From Spirochaetaceae bacterium (GTDB taxonomy: Bacteria > Spirochaetota > Spirochaetia > CADAEX01), in the NCBI GenBank assembly GCA_009780675.1, contig WQZP01000003.1, positions 27,427 to 91,426 of the forward strand: a stretch of DNA of 64,000 nt. The letters are read 5' to 3'. Position numbers and translations under genes: made by a program. Under the pieces are notes generated by a model. The model was not told the origin of the DNA. It did no database searches and was given only the letters and a program-made list of their open reading frames with translations. Of this stretch, positions 52,246 to 61,233 are shown one piece after another (the stretch's first letter is position 1; each line of letters starts with the position of its first letter).

Positions 52246-53625
52246 TTAAAAAGAATTTGCAAAAGATTCCAGGTTTCGCGAGATTCTGGAATAGTCTTCA
52301 AAAAGCTCAGAAAAAACAGAAAAAGCTTTTGCATTGGGTTTATATACTTCTTTTATACGCACCATTTCCTGCGATGCCTGCGTAAGAGAGCTATATAAGC
52401 CAAGCCCTTTAAATGCAACGCATGCGCAACCCACAAGCTCGCTGTCTTTTACTTCTGGAACAAGCAGTTTTTTTCCTATCATATCTGCCTTTATCTGGCT
52501 CCATAAAGAATTTTTCGCCTGCCCGCCCGAAAGCCTTATATCTTCAACACCAAGAGAATATGACTCCATAATTCTTATAACTTCGCGCACAGAAAAACCA
52601 ATTGATTTTAAAACAGCAGCACCTGTTTCTGGTATACCATGCCTGACTTCAAGCCCTACAAATGCGCCGCCAGAAAACTGCCACACAGAATCTCTTTTTA
52701 AACTTGGGAAAAAGTAGAGGTGATCATTATTGTGTATAACCTTTGATATTTCTTTAATAAGTGTTGTATAAGCTCTATTCTCTTGCCCTGATATTTTTCT
52801 AAACCAGTCAAAAATTTTCCCTGATGAAGCAAGTATCCCCGAAGTATTATAAAAACCTTCTACAATATGGGGCAGCACCCTAAGACCGTCAAATTCTATA
52901 CTCTTTTTAGTACAATAGTTAATGCCTTCCGAAGTTCCTGCTCTATCGCAAACTGCGCCTTCAAATATTGTGCCTGTTCCCAAAAGAGCCATAAGGTAAT
53001 CATTGGCTCCGGCAAACAGAGGAATTCCTTGTTTTAAATAAAATTCCCTGCTCCCTTTTTCAGAAATATTACCAATAAGGTCTCCGGTAAGAACAAATTG
53101 CGGGAATGCGCTGCACTCAAGCCCAAGTTTTTTCACAGAGTCTTCTGTCCATAAATAAGGGGTAAATTCTTTATTTGGTAGAGGTTCTTTGAACTCTCCT
53201 GTCAGCAGGTATGGAAAAAAGCCTGCTAGCGGAATAAAAGAGGAAATATTATGGTAGATATCTTTTCTATTTTCTTTAAACCACGCTATTTTAGGGAGAA
53301 AAAAAGAATTTTTATCTTCTATATCGATTTTTTTATTATCCACCCACAAAAGGGACTCTTCGATATAGTTGCCATTTTTATCTATAGGGATGACAGAAGG
53401 AGCATTCCCGCTAAAAACAACAGCTTCTGCTTCTTCGAGTAACGGAAGATCTTTTAATATTTTTTTTAGAGAATCGATCCAATAACTTGTTTTCCAGTTA
53501 TAAACATCTCCGCCAATATCTTCATAGAAAATTTTCCGGGATGATAATGGACTTCCTTTTTTATCTATTATAGCAGCTTTTATCGAAGAAGTTCCAATAT
53601 CAACAGCCAGAACTTTATCATTCAT
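52246..53625 (-). CDS. FGGY-family carbohydrate kinase (xylulokinase/glycerol-kinase-like)
   Basis: MNDKVLAVDIGTSSIKAAI... plus a C-terminal FGGY fold; 459 aa. Confidence 0.75.
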   Translation of the reverse strand: MNDKVLAVDIGTSSIKAAIIDKKGSPLSSRKIFYEDIGGDVYNWKTSYWIDSLKKILKDLPLLEEAEAVVFSGNAPSVIPIDKNGNYIEESLLWVDNKKIDIEDKNSFFLPKIAWFKENRKDIYHNISSFIPLAGFFPYLLTGEFKEPLPNKEFTPYLWTEDSVKKLGLECSAFPQFVLTGDLIGNISEKGSREFYLKQGIPLFAGANDYLMALLGTGTIFEGAVCDRAGTSEGINYCTKKSIEFDGLRVLPHIVEGFYNTSGILASSGKIFDWFRKISGQENRAYTTLIKEISKVIHNNDHLYFFPSLKRDSVWQFSGGAFVGLEVRHGIPETGAAVLKSIGFSVREVIRIMESYSLGVEDIRLSGGQAKNSLWSQIKADMIGKKLLVPEVKDSELVGCACVAFKGLGLYSSLTQASQEMVRIKEVYKPNAKAFSVFSELFEDYSRISRNLESFANSF

Positions 53626-54886
53626 AAAACTGATCTGATTGGGAACTTTTTAAAAATTGTTGTATTATTGCATTATTGTCGATCAAAGGGTTTAATGTTC
53701 TCTGCAGATGCAGCCTTGAAATAATACGGGCAAAGAGATTGGATATAGATGCATTTATATACCATTCTTTACCATATAAAGTGTCGTCATGATACACTGC
53801 ATTTGTCCCTATTATTTTATCAAAATAGCCTTTCCTGTAAGCATCATCAAAATCAGCAATAGCATTACCTGTAAAGAAAGGTAAACTTATTGCACAAATA
53901 ACTTTATCTGCGCCAAGATCACGAAGATGTTTCATTGCTTTTATCATTGTTCCGCCGGTTCCTACCATATCATCTGCCATAAAGACAACCTTGCCTTTTA
54001 CATCTCCAAGCAATCTCATTGAAGTAATATTGCTATCTTTTGAATCTGCAGAAACTTTGGAGTAGTCTCTCTCTTTATAAAGCATTGCAAGGGGCTTATT
54101 AAGGCTGCCGGCAAAAAACTTGTTTCTTTCAACAGCCCCTGTATCAGGAGCAACAATAACAATATCAGATTTTTCTATATCAACAACACTCACAAGAGTT
54201 CTTATTATTTGGTATGATGCGTGAAGGTCTTCCATTCTGCATTTGTTGAGACAGTTTTCTATTTCTTTGGAATGTATATCAAGAGTAATTATACGGGAAA
54301 CCCCCATGTTCTCGATTATTCTTCCAAAAAGAGCTGCTGTAAGAGCTTCTCTTCCCTTGCGCTTATGCTGCCTTGCATACGGGTAAGCAGGAACAACAAT
54401 AGATACAGAGCGGGCGCCTGATTGTATTACTGCATCAATAGTAGCAAACAGTGTAAAAACATGATCATTTACTGAAAGAATATATTTTTTTCCATCACCA
54501 TTGATATCCATGGGATAATGATTTTCAACATCCTGGATAATAAAGACATCCATTCCCCTCACAGAGGTCTTTACCTCTGCTTTATATTCGCCATTTGCAA
54601 ATCTTGTATATTTTACAGGAATTTTAAAATCAGGAACTCTATATTTTTCAATATCAAAATATTCTTCAATATTACTGGTCTGGGTTTTGGTTTGAATATC
54701 TATCAACAAATTGATTTGTCTTTCAACTTCGGCTTTATCAATTCCATATACTCTTGATATAAAATCAACCTGCTTTTCGTGTTTGCGGCTATAATATTTT
54801 TTAAGATTGTGGAGAATATCTTCTGTAAAAAAAGTTGCCCCAGGACAAGCAATAATACCTAGATTAACTGACCTTGAAAAATGCAT
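53618..54886 (-). CDS. prs: ribose-phosphate pyrophosphokinase family protein with ~90-aa N-terminal extension
   Basis: PRPP-binding loop VVFMADDMVGTGGTMIKA, plus the other Prs family blocks; 422 aa versus the typical ~315. Confidence 0.75.
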   Translation of the reverse strand: MHFSRSVNLGIIACPGATFFTEDILHNLKKYYSRKHEKQVDFISRVYGIDKAEVERQINLLIDIQTKTQTSNIEEYFDIEKYRVPDFKIPVKYTRFANGEYKAEVKTSVRGMDVFIIQDVENHYPMDINGDGKKYILSVNDHVFTLFATIDAVIQSGARSVSIVVPAYPYARQHKRKGREALTAALFGRIIENMGVSRIITLDIHSKEIENCLNKCRMEDLHASYQIIRTLVSVVDIEKSDIVIVAPDTGAVERNKFFAGSLNKPLAMLYKERDYSKVSADSKDSNITSMRLLGDVKGKVVFMADDMVGTGGTMIKAMKHLRDLGADKVICAISLPFFTGNAIADFDDAYRKGYFDKIIGTNAVYHDDTLYGKEWYINASISNLFARIISRLHLQRTLNPLIDNNAIIQQFLKSSQSDQFYE

Positions 54887-55047
54887 TTCTCACCTCAAAT
54901 TGTGATTAGTCGGAGAGTATATTATGACAAATAATTTTACCTATTACAAATGAAATAAGCATTTTTTTGCTCCATTTTTTACTGCAATTTTTATTTTGCA
55001 TGTGTGTTTGCATAGCATATTCACATACAATGCTAATATTTTTCCAA

Positions 55048-56121
55048 TCAATTATAGTTGTCCTTCGGAAAATCAGGGGGTTCATCAGGATATTTAAAGG
55101 TTTTTCCCTCGCTATTTTTTAAATAAAAAAAACCATTTTCTCTTTTAATAACAGAATTTCTATCCAGTATAATTTTGCCGCCTGCTTCTGGCAGGTCAAC
55201 AGCAAGGAGCGGAAGAGAAAGAGCAGACATTTCTGTTCTTAGTTTCTCCATAATTTCTATTCCCTGCATAAGATTTGTTCTAAAGTGCGAAGTGCCTGCT
55301 GCAATATCTCCCTGAAAAAGATAGTAAGGTTTCACAGATATTGAAATAAGTTTATAAAAAAGTTCTTTTAGCTGCTTTTCTGAGTTATTTATCCCTTTTA
55401 AGAGAACTGCCTGATTAAAAACAGGAATACCGGATTTGGTTATTAAGTCAACAGCCTTGTTATTGATTTCCGTTATCTCGTCTGAATGATTAAATTGCGT
55501 AAATATATAAAGGGGTCTGTATTTTGATAAAATGCGTACAAGATTTTTGTCAATTCTTGACGGCAAGACAACAGGAACTCTTGTGCATATTCTTATTACA
55601 ATATCTTTTGATACCTCTCTTATTGATTTGCATAGATATTCGATAAAATCATTATCCAGAACAAGTGGGTCGCCTCCGGAGATTAAAACTTCTTTGATGT
55701 ATTTATTGGCTTTTAAATAATCTGTCAGGATTTTCACATCAGCGTTATCTGCATCTTTGATTGCGGCTTTATCAAGATAACGCCTGAAGCAATGTCTGCA
55801 GTAAAGAGCGCAACTGGCAGTAGCAATAAAAAGCACTCTGCCGCGATACCTGTGGATTATTCTGTTTGATTTTGAAAATTCTTTTTCATAAAGAGGGTCT
55901 GCTTTTTCATATTCAAATATTTTAAGCTCTTCTTTAGATGGAACAAATTGTTTTCTTAAATGGCTATTTATATTTTTGCCTGCAAGGTTTAAATAAAAAG
56001 TTGTTGCTCCAATTCTTTTTGTATTAAAATTATCTTCTATTAAAGATATTTCATCTTTGGTAAAAAAAGAGAGTTGTTTGATTTTTTGGTATGTCAAGAT
56101 TTCGTCTTTAAAAAAAGTCAT
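55048..56121 (-). CDS. KamA-family radical SAM protein (lysine 2,3-aminomutase / EpmB-like)
   Basis: CALYCRHCFRR (CxxxCxxC), ISGGDPLVL, PYYLFQGD and GGGK-like motifs. Confidence 0.8.
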   Translation of the reverse strand: MTFFKDEILTYQKIKQLSFFTKDEISLIEDNFNTKRIGATTFYLNLAGKNINSHLRKQFVPSKEELKIFEYEKADPLYEKEFSKSNRIIHRYRGRVLFIATASCALYCRHCFRRYLDKAAIKDADNADVKILTDYLKANKYIKEVLISGGDPLVLDNDFIEYLCKSIREVSKDIVIRICTRVPVVLPSRIDKNLVRILSKYRPLYIFTQFNHSDEITEINNKAVDLITKSGIPVFNQAVLLKGINNSEKQLKELFYKLISISVKPYYLFQGDIAAGTSHFRTNLMQGIEIMEKLRTEMSALSLPLLAVDLPEAGGKIILDRNSVIKRENGFFYLKNSEGKTFKYPDEPPDFPKDNYN

Positions 56122-56241
56122 ACAAAATCCAAATCATTCTTAATTAAAGAGAAAAGAGTATTTTGTGTATTGAATCCTGTTTTATGCAGGACTCAATACA
56201 AATAATTAAATATCTGCTCAACTTTTAAGGTAATTCTGTTC

Positions 56242-56454
56242 TTAAGCAAGAAAAGTAATGTCTTTATGGATTATCATAGTAATAATATCAATGAGCCAGC
56301 CTATCCCAAAGAGTCCGCCTGTAAAGATCCAGATAAGCCCAATAATCACCCTGCCTCGGAGTATGCGGTTGATACCCTGAAAAAGAGGGTCAAAAAAGAA
56401 TGTAAAAATAAATTTAATCAACCAGTCAAGTTGATCAATTGCAGTTCTAGCCAT
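56242..56454 (-). CDS. TM2-domain small membrane protein (70 aa)
   Basis: ...RVIIGLIWIFTGGLFGIGWLIDII... fits the TM2 pattern of two helices with a D-containing second helix. Confidence 0.55.
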   Translation of the reverse strand: MARTAIDQLDWLIKFIFTFFFDPLFQGINRILRGRVIIGLIWIFTGGLFGIGWLIDIITMIIHKDITFLA

Positions 56455-56770
56455 AAGAAACTCCTATTTATAAATGATAATATATTATAGTTCCAATAAA
56501 GCAGAACTGCCAGCGAAAAATGCAAAATAACTTCTATATACTCATTTGTTTTTGATACAGAAAAATAATAGAATCTGCCACAACCTACCCAAAAAAGAGA
56601 GTAACCTACCCAATTTCACGCGTACCTATAAAGTTTTTTCTATTACCATAGACAGAAATTACAAATATTAAAAACACTTCAATATTTTGTTAAAAAAATT
56701 GAAGCAATTCATACGTTTGATGAGTTTTAGAATTTTTAAATCAACAACCTCGCCATAAAGGGTATAAAAC

Positions 56771-57661
56771 ATGGAAAGTAAAAGTTTAAATACAATGCTT
56801 ATTTCTTACAAAAATAATATTATGCCAAAGAAAAAAATTATAGAGGCCATCAGTCTATTTGTTTATAAATTTCCCCTTAAAAAATATAGGTGGTTGGAAG
56901 ATGATTGCAGTGAATTTTTCAGTTATTTTTTTCCAAAAATAGGTAAAATCATAGATTCATTTATAATAACAGATGTCCCTTTTGAGGCGTACCTTATAAA
57001 AACTCTTAAACTTCAAATAAAAACTTTTGCGCTAAAAAAAATTGCTGATAACATTAACAGAAAAATATTAGAACATAAAGAGTTCTGGTCATTCAATAAT
57101 CGCGAAGCTTACTGCGCTGAATCCAATATAGATTTCAATAAACAAGATTTTCAGCCATCATATTTTTTTATTAAAAAATTATTTTTGGATAATAAAACAA
57201 GACATGGGTGTAGCAATAAAACTCTTAAAAAAAGAATTTTGCTTCTTTTATTAAAAAATATGAATAATATATCAGAGACAGAAATTCCTGCTATTGCAGA
57301 AATTCTGAATTGTGATAAGGAATGGTTCCATGAAGCTTTTTCTAAAATCAATCAAAAAATTGAAAAGAAAATTAAAAGAAAAAAACTTCTTGAGGAAAGA
57401 AGAAACAGACACTTCTGCAGGCTTTATCACCTGCATGAGCTTTCATCCAACTGCAATATAATAGAAGAAAAGAACAAATATTTGTTGGCAATTATTAAAA
57501 CCAAATCATACATAAACAAGATAACAGAAAAAATTAATACGTTCTCTGTAGGAGCTGCTCACAAAGATATTGCGGAAGTTATGAATATTCCAAAAGGGTC
57601 TGTAGATTCTGGACTTTTTTATTTTAAGTTATATGTAGAAGATATACTAGAAAATAAGTAG
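56771..57661 (+). CDS. hypothetical Lys-rich 296-aa protein with C-terminal sigma-70 region-4-like HTH
   Basis: The C-terminus ...SVGAAHKDIAEVMNIPKGSVDSGLFYFKLYVE resembles a sigma-r4/HTH. No other recognisable family block. Confidence 0.45.
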   Translation: MESKSLNTMLISYKNNIMPKKKIIEAISLFVYKFPLKKYRWLEDDCSEFFSYFFPKIGKIIDSFIITDVPFEAYLIKTLKLQIKTFALKKIADNINRKILEHKEFWSFNNREAYCAESNIDFNKQDFQPSYFFIKKLFLDNKTRHGCSNKTLKKRILLLLLKNMNNISETEIPAIAEILNCDKEWFHEAFSKINQKIEKKIKRKKLLEERRNRHFCRLYHLHELSSNCNIIEEKNKYLLAIIKTKSYINKITEKINTFSVGAAHKDIAEVMNIPKGSVDSGLFYFKLYVEDILENK

Positions 57662-57682
57662 TTATTATTTTATATTAACATT

Positions 57683-58270
57683 ATGGATATATTATTTGCT
57701 TCTACAAATATGGATAAATTAAAAGAATTGATCAAGATTTTACCAAATCATAAAATTTTATTGCCAAAAGATATGGGGATAGAGTTTGATCATGAAGAAA
57801 TAGCTCTTACTTTTTATGAAAATGCTCTTGGCAAAGCAAAGACTTTGTTTGACATTGTAAAAATACCTGTGATAGCAGAAGATTCCGGACTTTGCGTTCC
57901 TGCCATAGGAGGGGAACCAGGAATTTATTCTGCGCGCTATGGATCAGATGGAAAAAATAAACTTAGTGATAAAGAAAAAAATCTTTATTTGTTGAGTAAA
58001 ATGAAAAATATTTCCAACAGGGAAGCATTCTATGTATGCTCAATGGTGTTTCTTATAAATCACGAGAGATTTTACATTTGCCAGGAAACCCTTGAGGGAG
58101 AAATTACTTATGAGGAAAAGGGTGCAGCTGGTTTTGGATATGACCCTGTTTTTTTTATTCCAAAACTTAACAAAACAGCAGCAGAACTTTTGCCCGAAGA
58201 AAAAAACGAAGTCTCCCACAGAGGAAAAGCAGCAAGAGTGATTGCATCTTTAATTGAAAAGAATTTATAG
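57683..58270 (+). CDS. rdgB: non-canonical purine NTP pyrophosphatase (RdgB/HAM1 family)
   Basis: Motifs EDSGLCVPAIGGEPGIYSARY and GFGYDPVF. Confidence 0.88.
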   Translation: MDILFASTNMDKLKELIKILPNHKILLPKDMGIEFDHEEIALTFYENALGKAKTLFDIVKIPVIAEDSGLCVPAIGGEPGIYSARYGSDGKNKLSDKEKNLYLLSKMKNISNREAFYVCSMVFLINHERFYICQETLEGEITYEEKGAAGFGYDPVFFIPKLNKTAAELLPEEKNEVSHRGKAARVIASLIEKNL

Positions 58271-58288
58271 GGCGGCATAAAGCAAATA

Positions 58289-60085
58289 ATGAACAAAATA
58301 CCAGAAAGAAAAGAGATAAAAGAATCAGACAAGTGGAATCTTGACTCGCTATTTAAATCAGAAGAAGAGTGGGAAAAAGAGCTTGCGGAATTTAACAAGC
58401 TTGTTACGGAAGCTTCAAAATACAAAAACACACTTGCATCATCCCCGGAGAAGCTGGCAGAGTGCCTTGAATACCTTAACAAGTTGGGAATGATAGAAGA
58501 AAAACTTGGAAGTTACGCGCACTTAAAATACAGCGAAGATGCCGGCGACAACAAAAACCAGGAGAAACTGGCAAAGTATACAAGCGCTGCGACAAAAGGG
58601 GAAGCAGAAACCAGTTTTATAAGCCCGGAAATTACAGCAATACCGGAAAATATAATGGCAAAGTTTTTTGAACACAACAGAATAAAACCATTTTCTGTTT
58701 ACCTCAATAAACTTTTAAAATTCAAACCCCATATTCTGTCAGACAACGAAGAAAAACTTCTTGCCCTCCAAATCGAGTCCAACCAGACAGCAAAAAAAGC
58801 TTTTTCTGCTTTAACAGATGTTGATATGGATTTTGGAACTGTGGTCACAAAAGAAGGAGAAAAGCCTTTGTCTCAATCTACTTTTTCTTCTTTTTTAATT
58901 GACCAGGACAGAGACGTAAGAAAATCAGCATATAATAAATTCTACAATTTGTATGATATTCACAAACACACTCTTGCAACTCTCTTCGCGGGAAGTTTGC
59001 ATCTTGATGTTTACCATTCAAAAATAAGAAAATATGATTCATGCCGCAGCAGAGCTCTTTTCCCCGATAAAGTGCCGGAATCTGTTTATGATAATTTGGT
59101 ATCCTGTGTGCGCAATAATTTGGGAGAGCTGCATAAGTATTACAGATTGCGAAAAGAGGTTTTAAAACTCGATGCTCTTCATCTATATGATGTTTATGTC
59201 CCTCTTGTAAGTGAAATAAAAGTAAAACATTCATACGAACAGGCAGTTACTGCAGTAGTAGAGTCCCTTTCTATTCTTGGAGATGAGTATTGCGATGTTT
59301 TGCGCAATGGTCTTTTAAATGGGTGGGTGGATAGGTACGAGAACAAGGGGAAGCGTTCGGGCGCGTTCTCTGCTGGCTCATTCACAGGCGAGCCATATAT
59401 ACTTATGAATTTTAAGGAAGATGTTTTGCGTGATGTTTTTACCCTTACACATGAAGGGGGACATTCAATGCATTCGTGGTACAGCACGAGAAATAATCCA
59501 TTTCAGCATTACAGTTATACGATATTTGAAGCAGAAGTTGCATCCACATTCAATGAGCAATTTTTGGCAGTGCATCTTCACAAAAAAGCAGATAACAACA
59601 ACATGAAGGCATATCTTTTATGCAAACAAATAGATGATATTATCGCAACTATTTTCAGGCAAACAATGTTTGCGGAATTTGAGCACAAAGTACATGACAT
59701 GATGGAAAAAGGTATTCCTGTAACTCTTGAAAGTTTACGAACTACATACAGAGGCTTGCTTAAAGATTACTTTGGCCCGGAAACAGCGCTTGAAACAGTT
59801 AGCGATCTTGAAGGGTTACGAATTCCACACTTTTACAGAGCTTTTTATGTATATAAATATGCAACTGGTCTTTCTGCAGCAATTGCCCTATCGGAAAGAG
59901 TTTTAAATGGCGGAGAAAAAGAGAAAAATGATTATCTTGGGTTTTTAAAATCAGGAGGCTCAAAATATCCGCTTGAATCATTGAAGCTTGCAGGGGTTGA
60001 TATGGAATCGCCCGAGCCTGTAAATGCTGCTCTTGGGAAATTTTCAACACTTGTCGAGGCGCTCAAGAAAACTATAGCTTTGTGA
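58289..60085 (+). CDS. pepF: oligoendopeptidase F (M3B family)
   Basis: Zinc motif HEGGH in FTLTHEGGHSMHSWYS; 598 aa. Confidence 0.88.
   Translation: MNKIPERKEIKESDKWNLDSLFKSEEEWEKELAEFNKLVTEASKYKNTLASSPEKLAECLEYLNKLGMIEEKLGSYAHLKYSEDAGDNKNQEKLAKYTSAATKGEAETSFISPEITAIPENIMAKFFEHNRIKPFSVYLNKLLKFKPHILSDNEEKLLALQIESNQTAKKAFSALTDVDMDFGTVVTKEGEKPLSQSTFSSFLIDQDRDVRKSAYNKFYNLYDIHKHTLATLFAGSLHLDVYHSKIRKYDSCRSRALFPDKVPESVYDNLVSCVRNNLGELHKYYRLRKEVLKLDALHLYDVYVPLVSEIKVKHSYEQAVTAVVESLSILGDEYCDVLRNGLLNGWVDRYENKGKRSGAFSAGSFTGEPYILMNFKEDVLRDVFTLTHEGGHSMHSWYSTRNNPFQHYSYTIFEAEVASTFNEQFLAVHLHKKADNNNMKAYLLCKQIDDIIATIFRQTMFAEFEHKVHDMMEKGIPVTLESLRTTYRGLLKDYFGPETALETVSDLEGLRIPHFYRAFYVYKYATGLSAAIALSERVLNGGEKEKNDYLGFLKSGGSKYPLESLKLAGVDMESPEPVNAALGKFSTLVEALKKTIAL
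60050..60080. repeat. 31-bp direct repeat, left copy (last 9 codons of pepF)
   Basis: cttgtcgaggcgctcaagaaaactatagctt is identical to 60873-60903. Confidence 0.95.
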
Positions 60086-60129
60086 TTTAAATCATTGTGC
60101 CAAGTCTTGAAATGTGCAATAATTAAATC

Positions 60130-60453
60130 ATGGATGCAGCAGTTCAGATAGAGTTAGACAAACTTAAAGAACTCATTATTAACGCTATACCAGTGGAACA
60201 AATTTACCTCTTTGGCTCTTATGCCTATGGAACACCCCGCAAAGACGCTGACCTAGACTTATATGTGGTATTAAAAGATGACGTTACAATGCCGGATATT
60301 GATGCGGGTTTGCAAATAAGTATGGTTATTGCCCGTAAAAAATCTATGCCAGTCGATATTATTGTAAAAAAGAAAAAAGATTTTTTAAGCCGCCTGAACG
60401 AAATAACTTTAGAGCGAAAAGTAAAAAGGGATGGAATACGAATCTATGGGTAA
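60130..60453 (+). CDS. minimal nucleotidyltransferase (MNT/MntA-like antitoxin)
   Basis: Pol-beta NTase motif FGSYAYGTPRKDADLDLYVV (GS...DxD); 107 aa. Confidence 0.8.
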   Translation: MDAAVQIELDKLKELIINAIPVEQIYLFGSYAYGTPRKDADLDLYVVLKDDVTMPDIDAGLQISMVIARKKSMPVDIIVKKKKDFLSRLNEITLERKVKRDGIRIYG

Positions 60454-60856
60454 GCAAACAAATACTCCGAGAGAATGGCGACTTTTAGCCGCGCGTGATA
60501 TTTCCGTAGCAGACCATCTGGCTGCCACAATGAAACCTGTACCAACCGAAGTTATTGCTTTTCACTGTCAGCAGGCAGTTGAAAAATACTTGAAAGGTGT
60601 TTTGGTAGTTTTAGGGGAAGAACCTCCTTATATTCATGATCTGGATAGATTATGCTCAATGGTACTTGAGCATCTCCCTTCATTTTCCAGTATATCTTCC
60701 CTTTGTACAACTGTTAACTATTTTTCAGTTCAACCTCGATATGATTTTGGATTGAGTCTTTCCGAAGATAATATGCGTATAGTTCTTGCACATACAAAAA
60801 CAATAAAAGAATTTCTGCAAAAAGAAATTCCTGAACTGTTTGAAGAATTGAGATAG
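60431..60856 (+). CDS. HEPN-domain protein (HepT-like toxin partner)
   Basis: ...FHCQQAVEKYLKGVLVVLGEEPPYIHDLDRL... HEPN core, with R-x6-H (RDISVADH). It overlaps the MNT gene by 23 nt. Confidence 0.75.
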   Translation: MEYESMGKQTNTPREWRLLAARDISVADHLAATMKPVPTEVIAFHCQQAVEKYLKGVLVVLGEEPPYIHDLDRLCSMVLEHLPSFSSISSLCTTVNYFSVQPRYDFGLSLSEDNMRIVLAHTKTIKEFLQKEIPELFEELR

Positions 60857-60872
60857 CTCTGGATACTTGATT

Positions 60873-60903
60873 CTTGTCGAGGCGCTCAAGAAAACTATAG
60901 CTT
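60873..60903. repeat. 31-bp direct repeat, right copy
   Basis: Identical to 60050-60080. It is followed by agg-gtaa, which would end pepF as ...TIA* rather than ...TIAL*. Confidence 0.95.
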
Positions 60904-61049
60904 AGGGTAAATGCTGTTGCCCCGAGATTTAGTTGGACAAGACGTTAAGCTCATGATAAAATTAAACAGAAAGAAATCAGTATATTGAGCGTATTTCTGG
61001 AAATAAATAGTTTTTATGCGAAAACAAATTCTATACGGAGGATAAAAAT

Positions 61050-61229
61050 ATGATAGGTATACAGCAATTATTATTAATACTTGTTATAGTCTTGGTACTG
61101 TTCGGAGCTAAAAAGCTTCCTGAATTGGCAAAAGGGTTAGGTAGTGCGCTTCGTGAGTTCAGAAAAGCCACAAAAGAAATAGAATCCGACGATGTCAAAT
61201 CCGAGTCCACAACTACAAAAGAACAATAA
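61050..61229 (+). CDS. tatA: twin-arginine translocase subunit TatA/E
   Basis: Manually translated as [59 protein letters not shown] (59 aa). A GGAGGA SD lies 7 nt upstream. It is not in the track because it is under 60 aa. Confidence 0.85.
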   Translation: MIGIQQLLLILVIVLVLFGAKKLPELAKGLGSALREFRKATKEIESDDVKSESTTTKEQ

Positions 61230-61233
61230 GGAA

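Larger units (their letters stand above)
60081..60872 (+). mobile_element. 792-bp MNT-HEPN toxin-antitoxin cassette flanked by 31-bp direct repeats (candidate inserted mobile cassette)
   Basis: The segment carries only the two overlapping TA genes and is bracketed by perfect repeats of the pepF 3' end. No integrase or transposase. Confidence 0.5.

Noticed and set aside
52266-52292. Inverted repeat attccag-N13-ctggaat near the 3' end of the FGGY kinase gene
   Set aside because: It lies inside the coding sequence (…SRISRNLESFANSF*). It is probably coincidental or at most a within-gene stem, not a terminator.
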